A stretch of DNA of 39,635 nt from a virus (taxonomy: Duplodnaviria > Caudoviricetes), in IMG/VR virus record IMGVR_UViG_3300043403_000123, positions 1 to 39,635 of that record. One strand, written 5' to 3'. The stretch's first letter is position 1, and each line of letters starts with the position of its first letter. Positions 1 to 8,774 of this stretch are shown piece after piece. Both the position numbers and the translations under genes were made by a program. The notes beneath the pieces were generated by a model. That model worked only from the letters and a program-made list of their open reading frames with translations. It had not been told where the DNA came from and did not search any database.

Positions 1-4
1 TATC

Positions 5-172
5 TCATTGGTAAAAGTCAATCAATTTATCTACATTCATTTTAGCTTGCTTTATTCTATCTGCCCGATATCCTTTAAGCAGGTTGGTAAAATATTCAAC
101 CATTTCATTACCATTGCTTTTAGCCTTGCCTATCTTTATCCTTAGCCCCCTTTCAAATGATGTTAATTTCAT
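5..172 (-). CDS. Small hypothetical protein (55 aa, MKLTSFERG...)
   Basis: The ORF track gives 5..244. The ATG at 172 overlaps the TGA of the upstream gene (ATGA coupling at 169-172), so it is the likelier start. A further ATGA overlap at 5-8 suggests another gene runs off the window edge. Confidence 0.55.
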   Translation of the reverse strand: MKLTSFERGLRIKIGKAKSNGNEMVEYFTNLLKGYRADRIKQAKMNVDKLIDFYQ

Positions 173-660
173 CTTATATTTCTCACTCCATTTTGCCTTA
201 TAGCCGTTGCTATCTTCACATTGCTGTCCAAAAGTTTCATCCAATAATCGTACTCCCCCATACAGGGCGTTGTAAGGTCATACAAGCCATTCGGTAACTT
301 TGCGAATGAATCGGCAACAGGCTTACCGTAAAGGGCTAAAACCTTACTCAAATCGCCAACAAACACACCTGTGCTGCTTACCACATAGTTATTATTCGTT
401 ATTGAAGTGCTTACCCCATATCCCGCCAATGTTTTTAAATCAACCTGCCCAATATTGCCAAACCTTATAAACCATTGCAGGGTAATTTGTTGAATCCTTT
501 GGTTGTATATCATGGCTTCAAATGTTGCCCTTCGTGTGAATGTGTAATTACCCTCTGTTGAATCGGTCAATGGAAAACGGATCTGTCCATTATAGGCTGA
601 ATCCTGTCCGAAAGAATTAATGGCAAAAAGTAGGAAAAAAATTGAAAGTAGTTTTTTCAT
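169..660 (-). CDS. Hypothetical exported protein with Sec signal peptide
   Basis: N-terminus MKKLLSIFFLLFAINSFG/Q has a basic n-region, a hydrophobic h-region and a cleavage site before Gln, typical of Bacteroidota SPI substrates. Confidence 0.7.
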   Translation of the reverse strand: MKKLLSIFFLLFAINSFGQDSAYNGQIRFPLTDSTEGNYTFTRRATFEAMIYNQRIQQITLQWFIRFGNIGQVDLKTLAGYGVSTSITNNNYVVSSTGVFVGDLSKVLALYGKPVADSFAKLPNGLYDLTTPCMGEYDYWMKLLDSNVKIATAIRQNGVRNIR

Positions 661-671
661 GGTTGTATTTT

Positions 672-3284
672 TTAATATAAAACAAGGCTTCTGATTTGTG
701 CGTTAGTTGCGGCTCCACTTATCGTTATTGAACTTGGCGCTGTTGTTTGGCTTGCCAATTGAAACGACTCTCTAAATGTGCTTATTAAAGAACCGCCTGC
801 ATTAACCAATGTAATACCTCCCACCGTTGGGGCTGTTGTTTGCGCCGATTGACAATAAAGCATACAGCCATAATAAAGGCCCCTTGTAAGTGCCACCGTA
901 CTTGCAAAAGGAGCCGTTGCCCATGCGTTAGCCGTTGTAGTCCACAATGCGCTGCTATTGGCTGTTTCGGCTATCTTGGTTGCCGTTCCACTTGACATGC
1001 TGTACAATGATATGCTATTTGTGTTATTGGCTGTAAATACGCCCGCCGTACCTAAGTAATACCTAAGCCCTGTAATGATGGTATCACCTTCCATTAATAC
1101 AGCAGTACATTGCATTGTTTGGTTGCCTAAAGCCGTTGCGGATGTTGGTGTAGTTGGGTTGGAAATACTCCCACCGTAAGCGGAAATTCCGAAATCCCTT
1201 GCTAATTTAATCGGTACTGAATAGGGTTGCCCTAACCTACCCCAAATGGTAGCAGTATAAATCATTGTGGCCTTTAAATCAGTATCATACACTATTAACC
1301 CTTCGGCAGGGCTGCTAATTGCATTACGCTGCGAAGTGGTCATTCTTGGGGTTAACAATCCCTGTGTAGTGCTTGTAAGGTCAAGGATGGATGAAGCAGC
1401 CGGGGAATAGTTGCCAATTCCTACCGAACCTGTATTATCAATTGTCATTCGCCTATTAGTAGTTGCCGCCCCATTTGTAAGAAAAACTATTTTCCCCGTT
1501 CCAATCGTTCCAATTATTAACTCACCTGCCGAAGATTGATTTAATAAGCCTACCGAATTTGCGCCTAATGCCCCGCTTGAATAAGTAGTGCTACCCGCTA
1601 TCAATTGACCTGTTACCGAACCATTCGTATAAAGATTAAAAGCCCCAAATACGTTACCTGATGGCACCCTTACATCAATTCCATTTGTAGTGCCACCTGT
1701 TGAATTTAAACGTAATGTTTTAGCCGCAGCCGTCCCCCCTGTTGAACTTGCACCTATAATTATGCTTTCATTTGCTACAATTCCAATATTATTTAAAAGT
1801 AAATAATCTGTATTATTATAACCAAGTCGTGTTGATATTGCATTTAAACTCCCTAAATAGTTACTTGGTGATGTAACAGTATTACCTGACAAACCCCAAA
1901 ACCTACTTGTTAAATCCGTTCTTTGCACCCTTGCAGCCGTTCCGCCTGCTGTGTCAATTGTAAGGGCAAAAATGTTACTCGTTGTTATCGGTACTGAATC
2001 TTTATTCAGCGTTAAAGAGGTTAATGAATTTCGTGTGGTAAAAAAGTTGTGAGTATTTAAAGCAGCGTATTGGGCAGCCGTTCTTTGCCTGCTTATTACA
2101 GTTGCATTTGCCGTGTCAAGGCTTACCGTTCCGCTTGTTGTAATCGTTCCACCTGTAAGCCCTAATCCTGTTGCAACGCTTGTAACTGTACCGCTGCCTT
2201 TGCCATTAAATGTATTCCAATCGGTTGACGTTAACAGCCCTGTCGTGCTTGTGCTTGCCGTTGGTATTGCCGTTTGGCTTGATGCTGTGATTAAGCCCTT
2301 ACCGTTTACGGTATATGTTGGCACGGTGGTACTATTACCGAATGTACCCACATTGCTGTTAACGGTGGCTAAGGTTGCCGCAACGATACCCGAACCGCTT
2401 GCCGTTACGTCACCTGTTAAGGCTGTAATGCCCGAACTACCCCCTAAGCTATCAGGGCTAATAGTTACAAGTGCGCCTGTGATACTATCCATTAAGACGG
2501 CTTTATACTTCGTTTTGGAATTGGTGGAAGGGCTGTAAATTGCGCCACCATCATAAGCTAATTTAATCGAATCACCATTAATAAAAGCCGCATCTTTTGT
2601 GGTCTTTACATTTGATGATTTTGCCCCGCTTACACCCGATAATTCAGCCCTATTATCACCTATCACTAATCTGCCAGTTCCCGAACCGCCAATATATTCA
2701 ATATTATTACCATACTCATTAATGGTAAAACTTGTATTACCAAAAATTGCATCCTCTTTGTATATCCCAAAAATACTCCCTCCCAAAAACCTAAGGTTTG
2801 TATTGCCTAATGTGTCAGCCCAACGTATTGCCGAACCATCTATCTTAATGCCGTTTCCCGCTGATAGTAATGGTTGGTATGTATTTGTCGCCCTTGTTTT
2901 ACTCATTAGTACCCCTGCTGTATCAGCCCTTACCGTATATGCCCTACCCGCGCTATCAACCAAAATACCTGTACCTCCTATAACGTACTCAATTGATCCG
3001 CTACTGTTTACTGCAATGCTATCCCAAGTAGTGCCATTCCATACCTTTAGTTTTCTGTTGCAGGTATCATATACTACCGCCCCCTTGCTTTTACTATAAC
3101 TCAGGTCTAACAGTTTTGGGGTGCCTGCAGGTGTACCGCAAACCCTTGGTACTCTAAACCCTAATTCATATACGCCCCTCGGAAACTGAAAGTTACTTGG
3201 ATTTACCTGCATTACGCCCGGTGCATCCTGTGCTGCTGCCTGTAAGCCTACCAAAAAAAATAAACAATAAAAAATGCTTTTCAT
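672..3284 (-). CDS. Tail-fibre/adhesin-like Gly-Thr-Ser-rich protein with N-terminal signal peptide (about 870 aa)
   Basis: Probable start is MKSIFYCLFFLVGLQAAAQ at 3284 (the track extends to 3332, overlapping the previous gene). Fibre-type segments include LTGDVTASGSG..ATLATVNSNVGTFG, GTVTSVATGLGLTGGTITTSGT and STTQGLLTPRMTTSQRNAISSPAEGLIVYDTD. It lies at the distal end of the virion operon. Confidence 0.7.
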   Translation of the reverse strand: MKSIFYCLFFLVGLQAAAQDAPGVMQVNPSNFQFPRGVYELGFRVPRVCGTPAGTPKLLDLSYSKSKGAVVYDTCNRKLKVWNGTTWDSIAVNSSGSIEYVIGGTGILVDSAGRAYTVRADTAGVLMSKTRATNTYQPLLSAGNGIKIDGSAIRWADTLGNTNLRFLGGSIFGIYKEDAIFGNTSFTINEYGNNIEYIGGSGTGRLVIGDNRAELSGVSGAKSSNVKTTKDAAFINGDSIKLAYDGGAIYSPSTNSKTKYKAVLMDSITGALVTISPDSLGGSSGITALTGDVTASGSGIVAATLATVNSNVGTFGNSTTVPTYTVNGKGLITASSQTAIPTASTSTTGLLTSTDWNTFNGKGSGTVTSVATGLGLTGGTITTSGTVSLDTANATVISRQRTAAQYAALNTHNFFTTRNSLTSLTLNKDSVPITTSNIFALTIDTAGGTAARVQRTDLTSRFWGLSGNTVTSPSNYLGSLNAISTRLGYNNTDYLLLNNIGIVANESIIIGASSTGGTAAAKTLRLNSTGGTTNGIDVRVPSGNVFGAFNLYTNGSVTGQLIAGSTTYSSGALGANSVGLLNQSSAGELIIGTIGTGKIVFLTNGAATTNRRMTIDNTGSVGIGNYSPAASSILDLTSTTQGLLTPRMTTSQRNAISSPAEGLIVYDTDLKATMIYTATIWGRLGQPYSVPIKLARDFGISAYGGSISNPTTPTSATALGNQTMQCTAVLMEGDTIITGLRYYLGTAGVFTANNTNSISLYSMSSGTATKIAETANSSALWTTTANAWATAPFASTVALTRGLYYGCMLYCQSAQTTAPTVGGITLVNAGGSLISTFRESFQLASQTTAPSSITISGAATNAQIRSLVLY

Positions 3285-3285
3285 A

Positions 3286-3648
3286 TCAATAATTTTCAAT
3301 GCTTGTATATTCCACATCTGTCCACACATCACCGCTAACCACTAAATCAAAACCATTTGTGGTTCTGCTCCATGCCGTGGCCTTCATCTTTATCCCGTTC
3401 CTGAATACCCTTATTCTTTTTCCTATCCATCCTGCCGGTAGGGTTAAGCTGCCTCCGTACAAATCCATCCCGGTATCCCCTACATTCATTTCCAAATCAT
3501 CAAGCATAATGCTTGGCTGTCCGGGCCCTTCGTATATCACAAAAGCCACGCTGCTCAGTTCGTTTATTTCAAGTAGCGTTTGGTTCGTTTCCTCGGTTAT
3601 AAGCAATTGTACCGCGCTTCCTTCCGTTATGGTAAATTGTAAATCCAT
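3286..3648 (-). CDS. Hypothetical structural protein (120 aa)
   Basis: Tightly packed in the operon. The beta-rich C-terminal half (IRVFRNGIKM..WSRTTNGFDL) resembles small virion/tail domains. Confidence 0.55.
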   Translation of the reverse strand: MDLQFTITEGSAVQLLITEETNQTLLEINELSSVAFVIYEGPGQPSIMLDDLEMNVGDTGMDLYGGSLTLPAGWIGKRIRVFRNGIKMKATAWSRTTNGFDLVVSGDVWTDVEYTSIENY

Positions 3649-3654
3649 ATTGCT

Positions 3655-4020
3655 TTATAACTCTATTATCGGCCACACACCTACAATCCTGTGGTGTATG
3701 TTGCCATCACCATCAGTTAATATTATCCGGTAATCATAATCACCTGCTTCCAGGTCTTGCGTAAATGGCAGTACTTTAAATATCCCATTCACCGCATCAA
3801 GTATCGTAATCTTGCTATTTGCTACAGTCAAGGTTTTGCTTGGTGTGTTGTTGCCAGGCTGCTCCACTATCATTACAATGGCATATCCGGTAATATCAAT
3901 CACTGCCCATGGATCTGTTTCCAAATCCCTGTACTTGGCCTGTATGGTCACGCCATTCCATGTGTCGCCCTTTATGCTTGGCCGTAAATTGTATGTTGCT
4001 ACTATATTGCTCATGCCCAT
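3655..4020 (-). CDS. BppU-like Ig-fold tail/baseplate attachment protein
   Basis: Pattern KGDTW...IDITGY.I.M....ITILDAVNGIF....DLEAGDYDYRI.LTD.DG.....V.G matches BppU N-terminal-like domains found next to fibre genes. Confidence 0.6.
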   Translation of the reverse strand: MGMSNIVATYNLRPSIKGDTWNGVTIQAKYRDLETDPWAVIDITGYAIVMIVEQPGNNTPSKTLTVANSKITILDAVNGIFKVLPFTQDLEAGDYDYRIILTDGDGNIHHRIVGVWPIIEL

Positions 4021-5306
4021 GTGTATGCCGCCAACTCGCTACCATCAGGCACCGGAGGCGTGTATAAATCAGTTGTGTCCAATTCTTCAATCAAAGCTAT
4101 TATCCTTTCATAAAGCTCAAATATGGCATTCAACTCACCATTTGCGCCTTGCGTTCTAAATAGCCAGAATATGCTTACAAGATGGTTCCATTTAACGGTA
4201 CCGCTATCTACATTGCGCTCCGTATCGTACCATCCCTGCAATAGCAACGCTTCTACCAGGTCGGTAATCTCCTGAAATGTCATAGGTGCGGTTGCCGTTG
4301 TATCTGCCGTACCCGTTACGCGGGTAATCAGGGTTACATAGGTTGCTTCCGTTAGCTGATAAGTAAGGTTTGCTACCAGGGTTGCCTCGTAATTGGCAAA
4401 ATAATATTCCCCACCGCTTATCATATCAAACTGCGCCACATTACCTGCGGTTGGCGTTGCCACATCTTCTATGACACCTATCCAACTTCGGGTACTGCTC
4501 TGCAGGGTTACACCCGTTTGGGAATATACCGTTGCATCTGTCATTCGTATGCTTGGGGTAAATACGTCTGTGGTAGGGGTTATTACTGCTGTTGGTTTGT
4601 CAAATGCTACCGTAAACTGCTTGGTAAGGGTCGTATCATCGTATCCATCGGCTGCTATATTATAAATAATGGTGTACTGCCCTTTTTGAAAATTACCATC
4701 AATGGCAGTCCTTAGTGTCCAGCTTGCTGCCGTCAAGGTGCCTTCTAAATCCTCTACTGCGGGGGCCAACGCGCTGCCCATATCAATGGTTATGCCATCC
4801 GGCTGCGTTACCCTAAACCACCCTTTAATATCCGTTTGTACAGATGTGCCGGGTATTTCAGTTACCCCACCACTAAAAGTCGTGCTCGAATAATTAAATG
4901 GCGCCCATGCAAAACCAAGTTTTAACCCGTTTATCCCTGCACCAGATCCGGTAGGTGCTGATACCCTTAAAATACCAGCCCCCATATCAGTAGCTACGCA
5001 TCCTATAACATTCCCACTTATGGCAGTTACAAGCCTTGGGGTTAAAATTACCCATGTGTTATCCCCTGTTTGCGTTGTGTATGTGGCAATGGTGGTAAAT
5101 TCATCTTCGGGGTTTTCAACTGTAATAGTTATTTCTGTTCCTGTTGATATACCTGTAAGAGAGTTTACATTATAGTTTGCTATTGCCTTTGTTTCCGGCA
5201 CTGCCGGAGTGCTTGGATATTCACCGGTATCCGTCAACGTAATTGTTGCCGGTATTACGGTATTATTTAAAGCTACCCCAAAATCTATACCGGTTATCGC
5301 TGCCAT
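4011..5306 (-). CDS. Putative virion structural protein (431 aa, Thr-rich, beta-rich)
   Basis: Composition, and position two genes downstream of the MCP. No catalytic motif recognised. Confidence 0.55.
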   Translation of the reverse strand: MAAITGIDFGVALNNTVIPATITLTDTGEYPSTPAVPETKAIANYNVNSLTGISTGTEITITVENPEDEFTTIATYTTQTGDNTWVILTPRLVTAISGNVIGCVATDMGAGILRVSAPTGSGAGINGLKLGFAWAPFNYSSTTFSGGVTEIPGTSVQTDIKGWFRVTQPDGITIDMGSALAPAVEDLEGTLTAASWTLRTAIDGNFQKGQYTIIYNIAADGYDDTTLTKQFTVAFDKPTAVITPTTDVFTPSIRMTDATVYSQTGVTLQSSTRSWIGVIEDVATPTAGNVAQFDMISGGEYYFANYEATLVANLTYQLTEATYVTLITRVTGTADTTATAPMTFQEITDLVEALLLQGWYDTERNVDSGTVKWNHLVSIFWLFRTQGANGELNAIFELYERIIALIEELDTTDLYTPPVPDGSELAAYTWA

Positions 5307-5321
5307 CTTATTATGTATTTA

Positions 5322-6206
5322 TCAGGCGCTTTTTGCTACTTTCTGAGTAGCATCAGCCTCCTTTTGCATTTTTTCAAAAATTTTGATACCGTTTGGTGCT
5401 GTTACCACCCACTTGCTCCACTCGTCCAAGTATGTTTTGCCTACTTCCGGATCACCCAATTTGGCTATCGGGGCATCCTGATAGTACACCGTATTGTCGT
5501 TGGCGTTGTAACTTGCAAGGCCCTTGGTAATGGCCCTTTTAAGTACGCTCTTGTGTTCAATGGTAAAATCTTCCACCAGGCTTAAAAACAGTCCGGGGGT
5601 GTTTTCTACCATAGCCCCAATCTGATCTTTCAGTATAATGGGGTCGTTTGTTTCATCCCATCCCATCGCTGCAGCAAACTGTACTACTTCCTTATCATCC
5701 ATTCTGCGCTGCCGTATCAATGCGTCTGCCTTTTCATCCCTTGCCATCGTTCTCATTTTGGCTTCAAGGGTTTCATCATGTATGCCTACAATTGGTTCGT
5801 TTCGCTTGCTGCGGTTAGTGTTCTCTTTCAGGTAGCTGCTTGCATACAAAAATTCAAGCCACTTTCTGCCTTCGCTGTCGGTGTTGCTAAAACTGAAAAA
5901 ACCACCGCTTTCGTTAAAAACATTTTTCTGCAGGAAAACAGGGGTATCGTTATCATCATAATGGCTTATGGCCGCTATGCTTACGCTCTCTTTGCTTATG
6001 GGGTCAATTACGCTGTCACGGCTCGGCAATCCATACGAAGCAGGAAACATGACTACCATCTGAAAGGTGCCATCAGGCAGTGCTTTTTTAAATGGTTTGC
6101 CTATCAGTAACTTGAAAGTATGTGTTTCTTTCAGGTTAATAAGTTTGTCAATCTGCTTTTTGTAATCGGCACTCAGGTTGTTAAGTGCTGCCTTTTCTCT
6201 TGCCAT
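5322..6206 (-). CDS. Conserved hypothetical protein downstream of MCP (294 aa)
   Basis: Long ORF directly after the capsid gene. crAss-like Bacteroidota phages carry a similarly sized uncharacterised gene here (inference from synteny). Confidence 0.6.
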   Translation of the reverse strand: MAREKAALNNLSADYKKQIDKLINLKETHTFKLLIGKPFKKALPDGTFQMVVMFPASYGLPSRDSVIDPISKESVSIAAISHYDDNDTPVFLQKNVFNESGGFFSFSNTDSEGRKWLEFLYASSYLKENTNRSKRNEPIVGIHDETLEAKMRTMARDEKADALIRQRRMDDKEVVQFAAAMGWDETNDPIILKDQIGAMVENTPGLFLSLVEDFTIEHKSVLKRAITKGLASYNANDNTVYYQDAPIAKLGDPEVGKTYLDEWSKWVVTAPNGIKIFEKMQKEADATQKVAKSA

Positions 6207-6235
6207 GTTTTGTTTTTTAAGTTATTAAATACCAA

Positions 6236-6268
6236 AAGTGTAGCCACCATTTTCAGGTAGCTACACTT
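6236..6268 (-). terminator. Rho-independent terminator/stabilising hairpin after the major capsid gene
   Basis: AAGTGTAGCCACC-7 nt-GGTAGCTACACTT inverted repeat (12/13 pairs), ending in TTTT on the minus strand, just downstream of the MCP stop. Confidence 0.7.
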
Positions 6269-6279
6269 ATTAGTTATGC

Positions 6280-7632
6280 TTATGCACTTACAGTTTTCTC
6301 TTTGTAAAAGTGCTGTGCTCCGGCACATTCAAGCGCCTGATAGCTTACCCAGTTCCCTTCAAGGGTACGATCTGTACCGGTTGGGTTGGGGGCAAGGCCT
6401 CCGGTAATGGTTTCGCGAATCAGATCGCTCCACTTCACGTTTGGACCGCTGCTCTTAATGTGAGCCATTTGGTCCAGGTAGCGAATGCGGAAACGCTCTG
6501 CAGTACCACCGCCTTCAACGTTCACGTTGTCTTTTGGCAGGTAATACAAACACTGTCCAATATCGGTTACACCGGCTTCTACGGGGTACATATTTGGATC
6601 GTTGAAAGTGTTACATGGCATGAACTCATAAGTAAATCCACCGGGGCGGGTCCAACTTTGTACGCTCATGTTCACTTCGCGGCCATCAATGTTCATCCTT
6701 ACGCTTGTTATGCCCGAACTGCCAAGGTTAAGCAAGTAGGCGCTGTACGGACGCATTGCCCGGATACTGCCCATTACCACCAGGTTCTTGTTTACCAGCT
6801 TCTTGGCAATCATGGCATCTTCGCGGGTGTCCATATCGGCAATTACTACAGTACCCAAGGTAGTCAATGCGCGGTAGCCTCCGTATGTGGTTGCGTACTG
6901 GTCAAGTCCCATGCTGGTCTGTATGCCGTAACCGGCTGCATCAGCAAGTGCGGGGCTCGCATCGCTAAAACGGGTGGTGCTTATCTGTCCACCAATCATC
7001 ATGCCGCTTATGGCTTTCTGCAAGCGCAATACTGCGTCTGCGTGTTGCCTTACGGTATAGGTACTGCCTTCGGGTGCTTCAATCAGTGTCAGATTGCTTA
7101 TGTCAGTGCTTTTTTCACTTTCGGTAAGTATCTGAATGTGGTTGTAGTACGCCTCAGTTTTATGGCGAAGGTTTTCCCTTTGGCCGCCACCTTCTGCACC
7201 CGCGTTGCTGCTCCATACAATTTTACCACCTGTGGCAAAAGTAATGTTGCTGCCATCTACGCTATGCAATACAAGGGTATCCTTGCCGCTGCTGGTAGTT
7301 TTACTGTAAACGCGAGCGTTTTTAAGGCCAAGTTTTACTACGTCACCTACACGGAACTGCAAACTTGTTGCGGCTGTGGTGGTGGCTGTAATGGTAGAGG
7401 TACCTGTCCCGGTTACTGTTTCCCCGGTAGTATCGCCAATACCAATCAGGCTTTCATTTGTATGCAGGTAAAACCAAGGCACTTTTGCTGGTTTAGCCCG
7501 GCCAAGCATCTTAATGTTTTCCACAAAACTTCTTTCACCGGCAATGTCAATTACCCTGCCGTCAATGTCGCGCTGATCCTGTAAGGTCAGGGCGCTTACG
7601 TATTTTTTATCTAATGTACCTACGGTAGCCAT
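6280..7632 (-). CDS. Major capsid protein (HK97 fold expected, 450 aa)
   Basis: Follows portal and scaffold. Size, biased codon use, YYNHIQIL-type and C-terminal SYQALECAGAQHF capsid-like motifs, and a terminator directly after it all fit. Confidence 0.8.
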   Translation of the reverse strand: MATVGTLDKKYVSALTLQDQRDIDGRVIDIAGERSFVENIKMLGRAKPAKVPWFYLHTNESLIGIGDTTGETVTGTGTSTITATTTAATSLQFRVGDVVKLGLKNARVYSKTTSSGKDTLVLHSVDGSNITFATGGKIVWSSNAGAEGGGQRENLRHKTEAYYNHIQILTESEKSTDISNLTLIEAPEGSTYTVRQHADAVLRLQKAISGMMIGGQISTTRFSDASPALADAAGYGIQTSMGLDQYATTYGGYRALTTLGTVVIADMDTREDAMIAKKLVNKNLVVMGSIRAMRPYSAYLLNLGSSGITSVRMNIDGREVNMSVQSWTRPGGFTYEFMPCNTFNDPNMYPVEAGVTDIGQCLYYLPKDNVNVEGGGTAERFRIRYLDQMAHIKSSGPNVKWSDLIRETITGGLAPNPTGTDRTLEGNWVSYQALECAGAQHFYKEKTVSA

Positions 7633-7676
7633 AGTTGTAATTTTTTGTTGTTTTTAATGTTGTTTACTGCTGTGTG

Positions 7677-7706
7677 TGTGCCTTGGTTCGTGTCTCCACG
7701 AACCAA
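7677..7706 (-). repeat. GNRA-tetraloop hairpin, copy A of a 29-bp direct repeat (between scaffold and MCP)
   Basis: Minus strand TTGGTTCGTG-GAGA-CACGAACCAA is a perfect 10-bp stem. 7677-7705 is 27/29 identical to 8602-8630. Confidence 0.8.
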
Positions 7707-7713
7707 TTCGAAC

Positions 7714-8688
7714 TTACCCAAATACCATCCGGGCTAACTCGCTGTTGGGGTTTGTTGCGCCTGCACCGGCAGCTATCCCGGTTCCTGCGCCTTGTTCGTT
7801 GCCAAAATCTTTGGCAAGCCCAAGTCTTTCCAATTTCCGGCCATGGGCAATCAGCTTGGCTTCAAAGGCTGCAGGGTCAATAGCATAAGCTGCTGCCCGC
7901 AAATCTTTAGCCGGATCGGGTTTGCCATCGGTGCCACTGTGGGCTTTGGCATACGCATCCATGTCTGTCAGGTAGCTTATTACGGCTTCCTTGTCCACGT
8001 CCATTTTAAAAGCATCCGCACCGTTACCTACCTGAATCACTCCGGCTTCGCTTAATCCTTTGTAGATGTCGCTTGCCTTTAGGCTTTCGGCGTACGCCTT
8101 TATATCATCAGCATTTGGGTCTGTTCCGGCTGCTTTGCGCTGCGCAGTGGCTTTTGTAAAAGCCTGATCCATTTGCTGCTGCTTCAATTTTTCTTTAAAC
8201 TCATGCAGGTCGGCCTTTAGCCTTACACTGCCTTTCCTCATTTCTGCTTCATCATACAGGTCTGCATCCTGCTTGTAGCGGTTCTTTTCATCCTCGTACA
8301 GGTCTGCCCTTTCTTCGGGGCTCAGTTGGCTGTACCTTTCATCAATCATTTCTTTAAGCAGGTCCACTTCGGGAATGGTATCAATATCCCTGGATATGCC
8401 TTTTATAAACTCGTTCAGGTCGCCACCGTTTTCTATCAAGTCAAGCAGTTTAACCCTCTTTTCGTCCGTTATGCCTTTTTGTTTAGCAAAATCGGCAAAG
8501 GTTTCCGGTACTATGGGTTGTGCTTGTTCGGCTGCTGGCGCTTGTGTAGTGGTCACTTCCGCTGCCTGCGCTGCCGCCTCTTGTCCTGCGGACGCTTGTT
8601 CTGTGCCTTGGTTCGTGTTTCCACTAACCACTTCCGCTGCGGGTGCTTCCATTGCCGTAAGGCCTGCCATTAATTCATTTTCATTCAT
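7714..8688 (-). CDS. Capsid scaffolding protein (324 aa)
   Basis: Acidic, low-complexity N-terminus and helical/coiled-coil body, lying between portal and MCP. Confidence 0.7.
   Translation of the reverse strand: MNENELMAGLTAMEAPAAEVVSGNTNQGTEQASAGQEAAAQAAEVTTTQAPAAEQAQPIVPETFADFAKQKGITDEKRVKLLDLIENGGDLNEFIKGISRDIDTIPEVDLLKEMIDERYSQLSPEERADLYEDEKNRYKQDADLYDEAEMRKGSVRLKADLHEFKEKLKQQQMDQAFTKATAQRKAAGTDPNADDIKAYAESLKASDIYKGLSEAGVIQVGNGADAFKMDVDKEAVISYLTDMDAYAKAHSGTDGKPDPAKDLRAAAYAIDPAAFEAKLIAHGRKLERLGLAKDFGNEQGAGTGIAAGAGATNPNSELARMVFG
8602..8630 (-). repeat. GNRA-tetraloop hairpin, copy B, inside the 5' coding region of the scaffold gene
   Basis: Minus strand TGGTTAGTG-GAAA-CACGAACCA, a direct repeat of 7677-7705 with 2 mismatches. 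Confidence 0.75.
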
Positions 8689-8759
8689 ATTACTTGTTTA
8701 GGTAAAAAATTTGGCTCTGTAAAAAAAAACACTAAGTAAGTAACTAAAAAATATTTTTA

Positions 8760-8774
8760 GTTAAATAGTTTAAC
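8760..8774. promoter_or_regulatory. Palindromic operator-like site GTTAAA-TAG-TTTAAC
   Basis: Perfect copy of the 6-3-6 palindrome, intergenic, upstream of the scaffold/MCP genes. Confidence 0.75.

Noticed and set aside
672-3284. Diversity-generating retroelement target in the fibre gene
   Set aside because: No reverse transcriptase and no TR/VR repeat pair differing at adenines were seen in the window.
6310-7584. 424-aa plus-strand ORF antisense to the major capsid gene
   Set aside because: A shadow ORF produced by strong codon bias in the MCP. It has a Cys/His/Val-rich unnatural composition and no promoter or operon context.
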